Source: Anolis carolinensis (lineage: Eukaryota). From it: a stretch of DNA of 64,000 nucleotides. The stretch lies in assembly GCF_035594765.1 (NCBI RefSeq), contig NW_026943818.1:15446229-15510228 (forward strand), in the 5' to 3' direction. Shown piece after piece: positions 1 to 55,084 of this stretch. The notes beneath the pieces were generated by a model. That model ran no database searches. It saw only the letters and a program-made list of their open reading frames with translations, and was not told the origin of the DNA. The position numbers and the translations under genes are program-made. Positions within the stretch are counted from its first letter, which is position 1; each line of letters begins with the position of its first letter.

Positions 1-466
1 GCCAGGTGGAATAGCAGTGAATAGCCTTGCAGCCTCAAAGCCTAGTCGTTTTCTTCTTATGGGAATCCTTGGTTGGCCAGGTGGAATAGCAGTGAATAGC
101 CTTGCAGCCTCAAAGCCTAGTCGTTTTCTTCTTATGGGAATCCTTGGTTGGCCAGGTGGAATAGCAGTGAATAGCCTTGCAGCCTCAAAGCCTAGTCGTT
201 TTCTTCTTATGGGAATCCTTGGTTGGCCAGGTGGAATAGCAGTGAATAGCCTTGCAGCCTCAAAGCCTAGTCGTTTTCTTCTTATGGGAATCCTTGGTTG
301 GCCAGGTGGAATAGCAGTGAATAGCCTTGCAGCCTCAAAGCCTAGTCGTTTTCTTCTTATGGGAATCCTTGGTTGGCCAGGTGGAATAGCAGTGAATAGC
401 CTTGCAGCCTCAAAGCCTAGTCGTTTTCTTCTTATGGGAATCCTTGGTTGGCCAGGTGGAATAGCC
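1..466. repeat. 75-bp tandem repeat, at least 6 identical copies, in a REXO4 intron
   Basis: The unit GCCAGGTGGAATAGCAGTGAATAGCCTTGCAGCCTCAAAGCC...GGTTG recurs every 75 bp. A similar single copy lies inside the Helitron at about 23650-23720. Confidence 0.95.
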
Positions 467-638
467 ATGAGTAGTCTCGGTGCGGCAAGTATGAATGCTG
501 CAATTAGGCACCTTGATGAGCATTTGATGGCCTTGCAGCTGCAAAGCCTGGCTGCTTCCTGCCTGGGGGAATCCTTTGTTGGGAGGTGTGAGCTGGCCCT
601 GGTTGTTGATGGTGTCAACGGTTTCTGTGCCTCTGCAG

Positions 639-1227
639 GGGAGGAGTTCAGGGTGGTGCAGGCGGAGGTGGCCGGCATCCTGAAGGGCCGGATCCTGGTC
701 GGCCACGCCGTGCACAACGACCTCAAGGTACGGAGCCCGCTTCCCCATGAATGACCCCTGAGACCCTCCTCTGTGGGGAGACCACAGGCCCGAGCGACGC
801 CTCCTGAGCGAGACCGGTCTCCTTTCAGATCCTGTTCCTCGACCACCCGAAAAAGAACACCCGGGACACCCAGAAGTACAAGCCCTTCCGGGAGCAGGTC
901 AAGGTCAGGCTGGGCGGACATCTGTCGGGAGGGATCGGGTGGTGCTTGTCTTGCGTAACAGCAGAGATGGGGTTGGGCTGGATGGCCTTTGGGGTTCCCT
1001 TCCAACTCTCTTATTCTCCTTCCTCCCTTCAGAGCGGGAGGCCTTCCCTGAAGCTGCTGTGCGAGAAGCTGCTGAACGTGAGAGTCCAGGCCTCGCAACA
1101 CAGTTCGGTAGGTGGCATCATAATCATAATTAATAGTACTAATAGTAATAATAACAACGAAATCCAGCATATATATCTCATTGGCTGTGTTATACTGTGT
1201 CTTTGTGAAATAATAATAATGATGATG

Positions 1228-1274
<47 letters not shown>

Positions 1275-1579
1275 TTATGATCTGCCAACTGCAAAAGGCC
1301 ACCCTGCTGGCAGAAACCAGTGCAGGTGGTCCCGGTGGTGATAATAATAATAATAATAATAATAATATGCTTGGAAAATATTCTAATAATAATAATAATA
1401 ATAATATACTTGGAATGTATCCTATTTATAATAATAATATGCTTGGAAAATATTCTAGTAATAATAATATACTTGGAAATTATCCTATTTATAATAATAG
1501 TATAAAATAATAATATACTTGGAAAATATTGTTTATAATAATAGTATAAAATAATAATATACTTGGAAATTATCCTATT

Positions 1580-1613
<34 letters not shown>

Positions 1614-1663
1614 TGCTTGGAAAATATTCTAATAATAATAATATACTTGGAATGTATCCTATT

Positions 1664-1703
<40 letters not shown>

Positions 1704-1897
1704 TGCTTGGAAAATATTTTAATAATAATAATGATATACTTGGAATGTATCCTATTTATAATAATAATAATAATAATAATAATAATGTACTTGGAAATTA
1801 TCCTATTTATAATAATAGTATAAAATAACAATATACTTGGAAAATATTGTTTATAATAATAGTATAAAATAATAATATACTTGGAATTTATCCTATT

Positions 1898-1952
<55 letters not shown>

Positions 1953-2552
1953 TGCTTGGAAAATATTCTAATAATAATATACTTGGAATTTATCCTATTA
2001 TTATTATTAATAATAATAAAATGCTTGGAAAAATTCTAATAATAATAATAATAATATACTTGGAATTTATCCTATTTATAATAATAATAATATCCTTGGA
2101 AAATATTCTAATAATAATAATATACTTGGAATTTATCCTATTTATAATAATAATAATATCCTTGGAAAATATTCTAATAATAATAATATACTTGGAATTT
2201 ATCCTATTTATAATAATAATAATATCCTTGGAAAATATTCTAATAATAATAGTAATAAGCTTGGAAAATATAGCATGGAGCAAGGGGGGGAGGAAGAGAA
2301 GGAAGGTCATGGGGTGGCTTTAAAAGCCTGGCAAAACATCAGGAGAGAATGCTTCTGGGATATGGCCAGACAGCCTGGAAAACTCACAGCAGCCCAGTGT
2401 TTCCAGCCACAAAAATCCTTCGACAACACGAGTTGCCTGTTTCCCGGTTCCAGGTGCAAGATGCGCAGGCGGCCATGAGGCTGTACGTGATGGCGAAGCG
2501 GGAGTGGGAAAAGAAGCCGCAGAAGCCGAAGCAGGAAAAAACCACACTTTAA
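639..2552 (+). CDS. REXO4: RNA exonuclease 4 (DEDDh family), last four coding exons; 5' part lies outside the window
   Basis: Exons 639-727, 829-903, 1033-1107 and 2454-2552 (AG/GT bounded) join in frame: [101 protein letters not shown]...TTL*. This matches the REXO4 C-terminus (LVGH..HND, H-S-x-QDA). AATAAA at 2584-2589. Confidence 0.95.
1365..2270. repeat. AT-rich minisatellite (CTTGGAAATTATCCTATTTAT + (AAT)n)
   Basis: Many imperfect copies; reverse complement of the array at 2718-3570. Confidence 0.9.
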
Positions 2553-2661
2553 TAACCATGCTTGTAAACCCCTAAACTTCATAAATAAACGCCCCTCTGC
2601 GACGGAAAATAGGCGTCCCTTGCTCCCATTTCTCTGGAAGAAGGTGCAGAAAAGGACGAAT

Positions 2662-19455
<16,794 letters not shown>

Positions 19456-19775
19456 CTCCGCCTCGCTGTTTGGCTGCGGGGCGTGGCCAACGGAAAACCG
19501 TTCCCTCCCCGCTGACGTAACCAAGCGGGGGCGTGGCTAACGCAACTCCCCCTCCCTGCTGCTGGGAGGGAGTTTGGGGGCGTGGCCAAGCAGGCCGGGC
19601 GACGTGGCACTGGCGCGGAGAGAGGGGGCGTGGCCACGAGAGCGCATGGGCCCCGCCCACTTATCCCTTCTCGGTCTCCGTAGATCCGCCGAGCCGGGTG
19701 AGGGGCGCCGGTTGCCTCAGGGTCGGTCTCTTCGCGCCCGCCAGGCCCGCTGCTTCCGCTTCCGCTTCCGAGGAA
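19456..19775. promoter_or_regulatory. STKLD1/SURF4 bidirectional CpG-island promoter
   Basis: 320 bp of CpG-rich sequence between divergent ATGs. It contains several GGGGCGTGGC Sp/KLF boxes, TGACGTAA (19513-19520), GACGTGGCA (19601-19609) and a triple ETS motif CTTCCG x3 (19753-19770). Confidence 0.8.
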
Positions 19776-25207
<5,432 letters not shown>

Positions 25208-27287
25208 CCGAGCAGCCCTGATTGTCGCGGCAGTCGAGGCCGACGAGACTCTCGCGGACAGACGGACGGAAGTGGACCCACAGCCTTGTGATTTCATTGA
25301 GAAATTCCTGGATTTTTAAAAAAATTTTAATAAATGAAAATAAGACACGACTCCTGTGACCAGACATCTTCCTGTAGACATTAGGCACGTGCGGGGAATT
25401 CGCTCCGATCGTTTCTTCCGTTTCTTCAAAAGCACAAAACGGGAAGCAGGAAAGCCTCCTTCCGTGCGGATCCGAACTCGTCTCTTTGCCTTGGAAAGAG
25501 TGTGTGTGTGGCGGGGCAGACAGGCCTTGCTCTAGAGTAGAAACAGCAGCTGCCAGGTAAGGCGAACGCACGCCGGGAAAGGGAGCCAGTGGGTGGGAAG
25601 CCAACATTCGGCCGACCCGTTTAAGTTGGAAAAGTGAGACTCTATTTCATTTTGATGTTTTTATTTTCTGATGACTGTAACTACCCAGGCTTGACCCCAT
25701 GTAAGCTGCCCTGAGTCCCTTTGGGGAGAAGGAGGCGGGGAATAAAAATAAAATTACAGTAGAGTCTCACTTATCCAACGTTCTGGATTATCCAACGCAT
25801 TTTTGTAGTCAATGTTTTCAATATATCGTGACATCGTTGGATAAGCGAATGTTGGATAAGTGAGACTCTACTGTATTCCTATTATTATTCCTATTAATTA
25901 TTATTAATATTATTCCTATTTATTGTTGTTATTATTCCTATGTATTATTATTACTATTATTCCTATTTTTTATTATTATTGTTATTCCTATTTATTATTC
26001 TTCCTATTTATTGTTACTGTTATTATTCCTATGTATTATTATTATTACTATTATTATTATTCCTATCTATTATTAATATTAATAATAGTAATTACATAGC
26101 AGTAATGCTATGTAGTAATGACTGTATTTAAGAATTTAGCACCAAAATATCACGATGTATTGAAAACATTTGACTACAAAAATGCGTTGGATAATCTAGA
26201 ATGTTGGATAAGTGAGACTCTACTGTATTTCTATTATTATTCCTATTAATTATTATTACTATTATTATTCCTATTTATTATTATTCCTATTTATTGTTAT
26301 TATTATTCGTATGTATTATTACTATTATTATTCCTATTTATTATAATTCCTATTTATTATTATTCCTTTTATTATTCCTATTATTCCTTATTATTCCTAT
26401 CTATTATTCCTATTATTAATAATAGTAATTACATAGCTGTAATGCTATGTAGTAATTACTGTATTTACGAATTTAGCACCAAAATATCACAATGCATTGA
26501 AAACATTGACTACAAAAATGCGTTGGATAATCCAGAACGTTGGATAAGTGAGACTCTACTGTATTCCTATTATTATTCCCATTAATTAATATTACTATTA
26601 TTCCTATTTATTATTATTATATTTATTATCATTATTCCTATTTATTGTTATTGTTATTATTCCTATGTATTATTATTACTATTGTTATTCGTATTATTAT
26701 TCCTATTATTATTACTATTATTAATAATAGTAATTACATAGCTGTAATGCTATGTAGTAATTACTGTATTTACGAATTTAGCACCAAAATATCACGATGT
26801 GGGTGAAACGTCAGGAGAGAATACTTCTGGAACATGGCCACACAGCCCAAATGACATACAACCCTGTGATCCCGGCTATGAAAGCCTTAAACAACTCACT
26901 GTTTTTAATTTGATGTTTTAATACTGCCTTGTGTTTTTTTTGGTTATTGTGTATATATTATTATTGGTTTTGTTATTGTTCTTTGATGTTTCGTATTTTA
27001 TTTTATCATTGTTTTGTATCTGATTTTGTTGTAGGCTGCCCCGAGTCCCCTTCGGGGGAGATGGAAGCGGGATATAAATAAACTTATTATTATTATTTCC
27101 CTCCTCAGCCCAGCCCAGGCACTGCTTTCCACCCCGAGAGGAAAGGGCTGATGAAAAAATATTCTGGATGTGGATTTCAGGCAAGAAAGACAGAGGCAGC
27201 GAGAAATTCACAAAACAAGATGTAATCAATGCAACACAACCGAAAGGAAACAGAAAAGTCCCGGTCCGCGTCGTGAGTGGAGCCGAT

Positions 27288-30219
27288 CTACTTCCCATTG
27301 ATGTCTCTCCCGAAATGCTTCCCGCGGTGGCTTTTCAACCTCTTCTTCGGGCCCCCGACTTGCTTCTGGAAGGAGAAGACGGAGGAGAGAAGGCCAAGGG
27401 AGGGGTCCCTATGTTTCCCTTCGCCCCCTTCCACCCACCCACCCTCCCACCCTATTTATTTATTTACAGCATTTATATCCCGCCCTTCTTTCTCACCCTG
27501 AAGGGGACTCACATTGCACACATAAAGGCAAACAATCAATGCCATAACATAGAACAGAGGCAAAGAGAGACACAGGCACGGGCTGGCCTCGAACTCATGA
27601 CCTCTTGGTCAGTGATTTGTTGCAGCTGGCTGCTAACCAGCCTGCGCCACATCCCGGCCTACTGCGGCTCACCTACCTTCTGCCTCTTGGGTCCGGATTG
27701 GGGCTCCACCTCCATGGCAGCTTCCTCTTCCTCCTCCTCTGCAGGGCTTTTTTCTGAGAAAAGCTCAGCTGAAAGACGAGCCCAGGGAATTTATTTATTT
27801 ACATTACTTATTACAGTAGAGTCTCACTTATCCAACGTTCTGGATTATCCAACGCATTTTTGTAGTCAATGTTTTCAATATATCATGATATTTTGATGCT
27901 AAATTTGTAAATACAGTAATTACCACATAGCATTACTGCATATTGAACTACTTTTTCTGTCAAATTTGTTGTATAACATGATGTTATACTGTACTGTATT
28001 TGTGAATTTAGTACCAAAATATCACGATATATTGAAAACATTGACTACAAAAATGCGTTGGATAAGCGAGTGTTGGATAAGTGAGACTCTACTGTAACAT
28101 TTATATATTTATATATTAATATATAAGATTCCTCTCCCTTCCTGTTTGTCTCAGCCCCACTGTTCTTAACTAGGAGCTGTTTGTAACTCGGGGCCGGCCC
28201 ATGCTGTGTGCATTAGGTGAAGCATGCTGTGAAACATAGTAAATACAAGTGCAATTCAGGTGTTTGAGCGGAATGGAAGCCCGTGGAGACGGCTGGGAGG
28301 GTGGTGAGGCGGCCGACTTACGCGGGTACAGGTCGCTCATGCTGTCGTCGGTGTCGCTGCTGCTGTCCGGAGGGGGCTCCCAGAAAGGCCCCCCCTTCTT
28401 CCCCCTCTGGGCCCCGCTGGAGGAGGAGGAGGAGGAGGCCGGCTCTCCGTCCCGCCGCTCCCGGCGTGGCTGCTTGTGGCGCAGGGCGGCCGGCACAAAG
28501 GGCAGCCCTTCCCGCTGGCACCGCTCGTCTGCAGGAAACACAGGGAGGGAGGGAGGCATCAGGGCCACTGGGAGGAGGCTCAAGCCAGAAATCGTGAGCG
28601 TGAGCCAAGCACTGAAAGTAGAGAGCACGAGACACGCACACGTGTGCAGGGCCCCCTGGAAGCGGCGCCCGTGGAGGTGGCGCAGGACGTGCTCCGGCTG
28701 GGCGTTGAGGTGCCGCAGGGTCAGCTGGCAGAAGAGCTGCCTCCTGGAAAGAGAGAGAGAGAGGAAAAAAGGTCCTTTCTGCCAGGAAGAGCACCACCCG
28801 ATCCCTCCCGACAGATGGCCAGCCTCATGGGCATTTGGGGGGTTTGTGGAGAAGCAGGGCTCCAGGTCGAGGATGGATGTATCCTAGAATGCTGGAGTTG
28901 GAAGGGAACCGCATATAGAAAGGCACCACCCATTCCTTCCTGACAGACGGCCAGCCATAGGATAGATAATTATTTATTTATTCGCGACCTTGATATCCCA
29001 CCCTCCACACCCCAAAGGGGACTCAGGGCGGCTTACAAGTTATATGGGCTCGCGCTGTGGCGCAGGCTGGAGAGCAAGCCAGCTGTAACCAGCTGCAATG
29101 AATCACTCTGACCAGGAGGTCATGAGTTCGAGGCCCGCTCGGAGCCTATGTTTGTCTTGTCTTTGTTCTATGTTAAAAGGCATTGAATGTTTGCCTGTGC
29201 GTGTAATGTGATCCGCCCTGAGTCCCCTTCGGGGAGAGAAAGAAGGGCGGAATATAAATACTGTAAATAAATAAAATAAATAAATATCTACATACAATAT
29301 ATTATTAGCATAGCACAATATAAGCATTAAATATTACTGTATTGTACTATATGACTATACTGCATTATTAGTAATATTACATGTAGTATATAATATACAA
29401 TTATAATAGTGTATTATTATTATATTATACTAAATTATATTGTCAATATTATATGGAACTCAACTGACAGACCCAGTCTTTTAAACTTGAACACGCCTGT
29501 CTGTATTTTATAATGCGTTTTATGAATGTTTTATGTAAGTTAATTTTTAACTGATTTATAGTTTATTGTACAGGTTTTATATGTGTGTTTTATTGTAAGC
29601 CGCCCTGAGTCCCCTGTTGGGTGAGGAGGGCGGGATATAAATATTGTAATAAATAAATATGTATATACAATATATTATATTAGTATGGCTTAATATTAGC
29701 ATCATATACCCTATAACGCAATATTATTAGTAATATTATATGTAATATGTAATACAGAATTACAATAGTGTATTATTATATTACATTATAATATGATTAT
29801 CAATATTATTTGTGCATACAATATATTATTAGCCTAGCACAATATTAGCATAATATTCCACTGTCACGCAATATTATTAGACTCACGGCCGGGTGCGGCT
29901 GGGCACGAGGTGCTTCGCGTGGGGCCCGAGGTCGGCCTCTCTCCCGCGGAGCCGGCGGTACTTCTTCCCCGCGACGTAGGCCTCCAGCGCCGGGAGGTGG
30001 AGTGGGAGCTCGTGGCCGGTCAGGGCGCAGCGCACCTGCGGAGGGAAGGCGCAGAGAGGCCGGTCAGGAGGAGGCGGGAGGAGTCGGGCCTGCACCGCCG
30101 GCCCATCCCCGGCCTCGCCTGACCCTGTTCCCGGAGGGGAGCGCGCCCAAGGCCGGGTGCGCCGCCAGGAAACGCCGCAGCGCCGCGGCCTCGCTTTCCG
30201 CGCCGCCATCTTCGCCCAT
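27288..30219 (-). CDS. SURF2: Surfeit locus protein 2, 241 aa
   Basis: Minus-strand exons 30124-30219, 29887-30035, 28640-28743, 28322-28528, 27677-27768, 27288-27365. Peptides RRFLAAHPAL, VRCALTGHELP, GKKYRRL, QLFCQLTLRHLN..EHVLRHLHGRRF, FWEP..DDSMSDLYPPELF, KKRLKSH. Confidence 0.93.
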
Positions 30220-30896
30220 GGCTGCTGTGGGCGGGGCCGGAGAAGGGAACAGCCAATGGGAAGGAGGCCTGTGACGAGGAGGAGAAATGGCTGGTGCTGG
30301 TTGGCTGGGACGGAGAAGGGCGCCAATGGGAACCAATGGGAAGAAGACTTCATGGATGAGGCGGAGCAATGGCTGCTGTTGGTTGGCTGGGCCTGCGAGG
30401 AGCCTCGAGGAAAAGCCATAGCTGTCGCCAGTGGGCGGGGCCGGAGAAGAGAGCAGCCAATGGGAAGAGGAAGCTATTGAAAGAGGCCGGCTGGCTGAGC
30501 AATGGCTGCTGTTGATTGGCTGGGCTGGCTAAGGGAACAGCCAATGAGTAGAAGGCCTAAAGGAAAAGCGAAAGCTGTCGCCAGTGGGCGGGGCCGGAGA
30601 AGGGAACAGCCAATGAGAAGAAGGCCTAAAGGAAAAGCGAAAGCTGTCGTCAGTGGGCGGGGCAGGAGAAGGGAGTAGCCAATAGGAAGACGAAGCTATT
30701 GAAAGAGTCCGGCTGGCGAAGTAATAGGTGCTGCTAGTGGGCGGAGTCGGAGAAGGGAGTAGCCAATAGGAAGACGAAGCTATTGAAAGAGGCCGGCTGG
30801 CTGAGCATCGGCTGCAGCTGGTTGGCCGGGCGGTAGAGGCGAGCAGCCAATGGGGCGAGGGTCCCCTCTGGCGGAAGCGGAAGCCGGGAGGGAGCC
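30220..30896. promoter_or_regulatory. SURF2/SURF1 bidirectional promoter with reiterated GC-box + CCAAT modules
   Basis: Divergent ATGs at 30219 and 30897. About 10 CCAAT boxes, 5 GC boxes and tandem ETS GCGGAAGCGGAAG (30871-30883). A YY1 motif CCGCCATCTT lies just inside SURF2 exon 1. Confidence 0.8.
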
Positions 30897-36750
<5,854 letters not shown>

Positions 36751-37313
36751 ACTTCCCCGGGAGGATCCACAGCTTCCCTTCACGGAGGAAACGGAGGCAA
36801 GTCTTGCCTGGTTCTAAGGAAAACCCAAGGACAGGTGCTTCTGAAACCCATCCAGGTGCCTCCACAAACTGGACATTATAATTATAAAAATATATAATTA
36901 TATATTATGTAGATAACTAGCTGTGCCCGGCCGGCCACGCGTTGTTGTGGCAAAGTGTGGTGGTTTGGGAAATAAAGTATCGAGGAATTGGTGGTAGAGT
37001 TCCGGTTATCCGACATATGTGGGATAACCAAAACTATTGTGTAATAGTAAAAAGGTGAAGGCAAGTGCGACAGGCAGCAAGGAGGATTCCTGTGTTATTT
37101 TCGCAGCGGAATACAAAATCTGGTTCTTTCAGGCAGCACTAAATAAAATCACAAGTTTTTATTTCTTAAAAATGTTCATTTGAAAGCAAAAAGACTGGCA
37201 GAGAACACTCTAAAATATAGACAGAATACAGGAAAAACAAAGATTCCTCTGAGCCAATTTTCTGTCCAGGCTTTTTATTTGTATGTACAGAAAAAACCAG
37301 AATGAAGGGCCCT

Positions 37314-51456
<14,143 letters not shown>

Positions 51457-54049
51457 GAGCAGGGAGCGCCCGTTCTGTACGGTCAAGAGCAACAGGGTGG
51501 AAAACGTTTCCTAAATGTGTGATATCGCAAGAGGATGACATGCTGAGCAAGGCACCCCGCAGTCATGCTTCTGGGAGTGTCACAGATACCTTTTTTGAAC
51601 CTTTTCATCAGTTTTCAATGGGACAGAGTGCGTCAGGTCCTTTCAGAGAAAGAAGTGGACACAGTGACGCACGCCAGCAGATGTCAGAGTCATTAATGTC
51701 GTTAACAACAACATCAACAACAACCATCAAGCAACAACCATCACCACAACAATTGCGGGTGGAAAACGTTTCCTAAATGTGTGATATCGCAAGAGGATGA
51801 TGTGCTGAGCAAGGCACCCCGCAGTCATGCTTCTGGGAGTGTCACAGATACCTTTTTTGAACCTTTTCATCAGTTTTCAATGGGACAGTGTGTCAGGTCT
51901 TTTCAGAGAAAGACATAGTGACTCCAGCACTGGGTTTGGTAATATTGGCTGCACGTCGGTCGCATCCGCTCATACTTAGGGTTCCCGGAGACGGGCACTT
52001 CTCTCCCTTTTTGATGGGCAGGTTTGGCATCGGACGGATGTCTCTTCAAATCTCAGGGTCAGGTCTTCAAACGTGACTGGATCTAAATAGCGGATGAATC
52101 ATGATCCTGGCAGCCTTTGGATTTACCCACAGTGTTTTCCTACCAATTGACTTGAATGCATGGGTTCGATGTGTTGGTGGGTTTTTTTGTCGTTGGGATC
52201 CATGTTTGTTTCTTCACTGTAAATAGGGGGTTGAATAAAACCAGTTGCGATGCTGACCATGTGGCCGGTTCTGACTACAGTAGAGTCGCTTATCCGACAT
52301 AAACTGGTGGGCAGAATGTCGGATAAGCGAAAGTGTTGGATAATAGGGTGGATTCTATATGTCTCAATCATATCTCTGGCTATCTATCTAGGGCTGGATG
52401 GCCCTCTATTGGGAGGGCTTTGACTGTGTCCTCCCTTCCAACTCTGTATCCTCTTGGGCCTCTATCTAGGGCTGGATGGCCCTCTGTTGGGAGGGCTTTG
52501 ACTGCGTCCTCCTCCCTGGCAGAAGGGGGTTGGGCTGGATGGCCTTTGGGAGACCCTTCCAGTTCTCGGATTCTACCTATATCTCTATCGTATCCATGGC
52601 AATCTATGGCTGGATGGTCCTCTGTCGGGGGGGCTCTGACTGTGTCCTCACCTGCTCTCTCCATAATATCCATTGCTCCTGATATAAACGGTTGGCTTTA
52701 TTGATGAAGCCCTGTCATTAGGTTTTAAATTCTTTTGTCATATATATACATGTGTGTGTGTGTGTTTGTATATATATATATATACACACACATAATATAA
52801 TTTACAATAATATATAATAATTATAACATATTGTATATACATATAATATTATATTGTAATATGATATAATACTAATAATACAATATAATAATATTAATTA
52901 TATTTTACATGTAATATTACTAATAATATTACCATATATCAATACAGTACAAAACAGTAATTTATTACCAGTTTTGTACTATGCTAATAATATAATATTG
53001 TAAGTAAATTTAATTTGTATGCCGCTCTGAGTCCCCTTCGGGGTGAGAAGGGCGNNNNNNNNNNNNNNNNNNNNNNNNNNNNNNNNNNNNNNNNNNNNNN
53101 NNNNNNNNNNNNNNNNNNNNNNNNNNNNNNNNNNNNNNNNNNNNNNNNNNNNNNNNNNNNNNNNNNNNNNNNNNNNNNNNNNNNNNNNAATATATAATAA
53201 TTATAACATATTGTATATACATGTAATATTCATAATACTATATTGTAATGCAATATACTAATAATACAATATAATAATATAAATTATATATTATATTTTA
53301 CATGTAATATTACTAATAATATTACCATATATTGATACAGTACAATATAGGAATTTATTACCAGTATTGTACTATGCTAATAATATATTGTATCTAAATT
53401 TAATTTGTAAGCCGCTCTGGGTCCGCTTCGGGGTGAGAAGGGCGGCATATAAATGTAGCAAATAAATAAATTAACTCAAGGTATTTATAATTATAACATA
53501 TTGTATATACATATAATATTCATAATATTATATTGTAATACAATATAATCCTAATAATACAATATAATAATACTCATTATATATTATATTTTACATGTAA
53601 TATTACTAATCATATTACAATATAGTGATACAGTACAATATAATAATTTATTACCAGTATTGTACTATGCTAATAATATAATATTGTATGTAAATTTACA
53701 CGTAATATTACTAATAATATTACAATATATTGATATGGTACAATATAGTAATTTATTGCTAGTATTGTGCTATGCTAATAATATAATATTGTATGTAAAT
53801 TTAATTTGTAAGCCGCTCTGAGTCCCCTTCGGGGTGTAGCAAATAAATAAATTAACACAAGGTATTTATAATTATAACATATTGTATATACATATAATAT
53901 TATATTGTAATACGATATAATACTCATAATACAATATAATAATACTAATAATATATTATATTTTACATGTAATATTACTAATCATATTACAATAGATTGA
54001 TACAGGACAATATGGTAATTTGCAATATTATTAATAATAGTATTATGGG

Positions 54050-54229
54050 CTTCCCTCTGGAACGGTTTCCGGCCGGAACCTTGTTTCGTCCGGTGTGTTT
54101 CCGGGGGGGAAATTCTCGCCGATGGACTTGTGCCTCCTGCGCGCGCCCGGAAGGGGCGGGGCTTGCTGCCTGGAGGTCTGAGCGGAAGAAGAAGCGGGTC
54201 CGTCTTTCCGTTCTTCCGCCGCCGCCGAG
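54050..54229 (+). promoter_or_regulatory. SURF6 CpG-island promoter and 5'UTR
   Basis: Abrupt switch from AT-rich to CpG-rich sequence, several CCGGAA/TTCCGG ETS cores and a GGGGCGGGGC box upstream of the ATG at 54230. Confidence 0.7.
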
Positions 54230-54945
54230 ATGTCCGGCGTGGTCCGGCAAGACTGCTACTTGCAGGGCCTGGCCAGGAAGATCTGCGCCCGGGACACCAC
54301 GGCCGGTACGATGCCAACACGATTGGGATTAGGAGCGGGTTGCCGCGGGTTTCTGGCCGCGCCCCAGGAGCATGCTCTCCTGACGTTTCGCCCACATTTA
54401 TGGTTGGTCTCTCCAGGGTGGGAGAGAGAAAGAAAGAAAGAACTCTTGTCTGTTTGAAGGGTGAATGTTGCAGTTAATCACCTTAATTAGCATTGGAAAG
54501 GTCCATCTCCTGCTTTGTTCAGAGTCATTAGCCGCCCTTGGAACTCCTCTGTTTTCAGAGTGTTGCTTCTTATTTACTGTTCTGATTTTTGAGGTTTTTT
54601 TTTTAATACTGGGAGCCAGATTTTGTTCATTTTCATGGTTTCAACAGAAAGGAGGAAATTAAGGCGATTTTAACTGCAACATTCACGCTGGCTTCCAACT
54701 GACAAAGAGTTCTTCTCACACCCTGGACTCTCCACAGATATATATTAACCTTCCTTGCCTAATTTTATCCATGCGTCACAACCTCTGAGAATGCCTGCCA
54801 TAGATGTGGGCGAAACGTCAGGAGAGAATGCTTCTGGAACATGGGCACACAGCCCGGAATGCATACAACAACCATTATTGTGTTTATTTATACTCTGCCT
54901 TTTCTCTCCACAAGGAGACTCAAAGCGGCTATGTTTCAATTATTG

Positions 54946-54986
<41 letters not shown>

Positions 54987-55052
54987 GTGTTTATTTATAC
55001 ACTGACTTTTCTCTCCACAAGGAGACTCAAAGCGGCTATGTTTCAATTATTG

Positions 55053-55084
<32 letters not shown>

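Noticed and set aside
17-754. 245-aa ORF with 25-aa repeats
   Set aside because: It is the translation of the 75-bp intronic satellite running into a real REXO4 exon (639-727), which has its own acceptor.
26797-26890. Second hammerhead candidate (also near 2335)
   Set aside because: Only the GAAACGTC half remains; the CUGANGA strand and stem II are missing.
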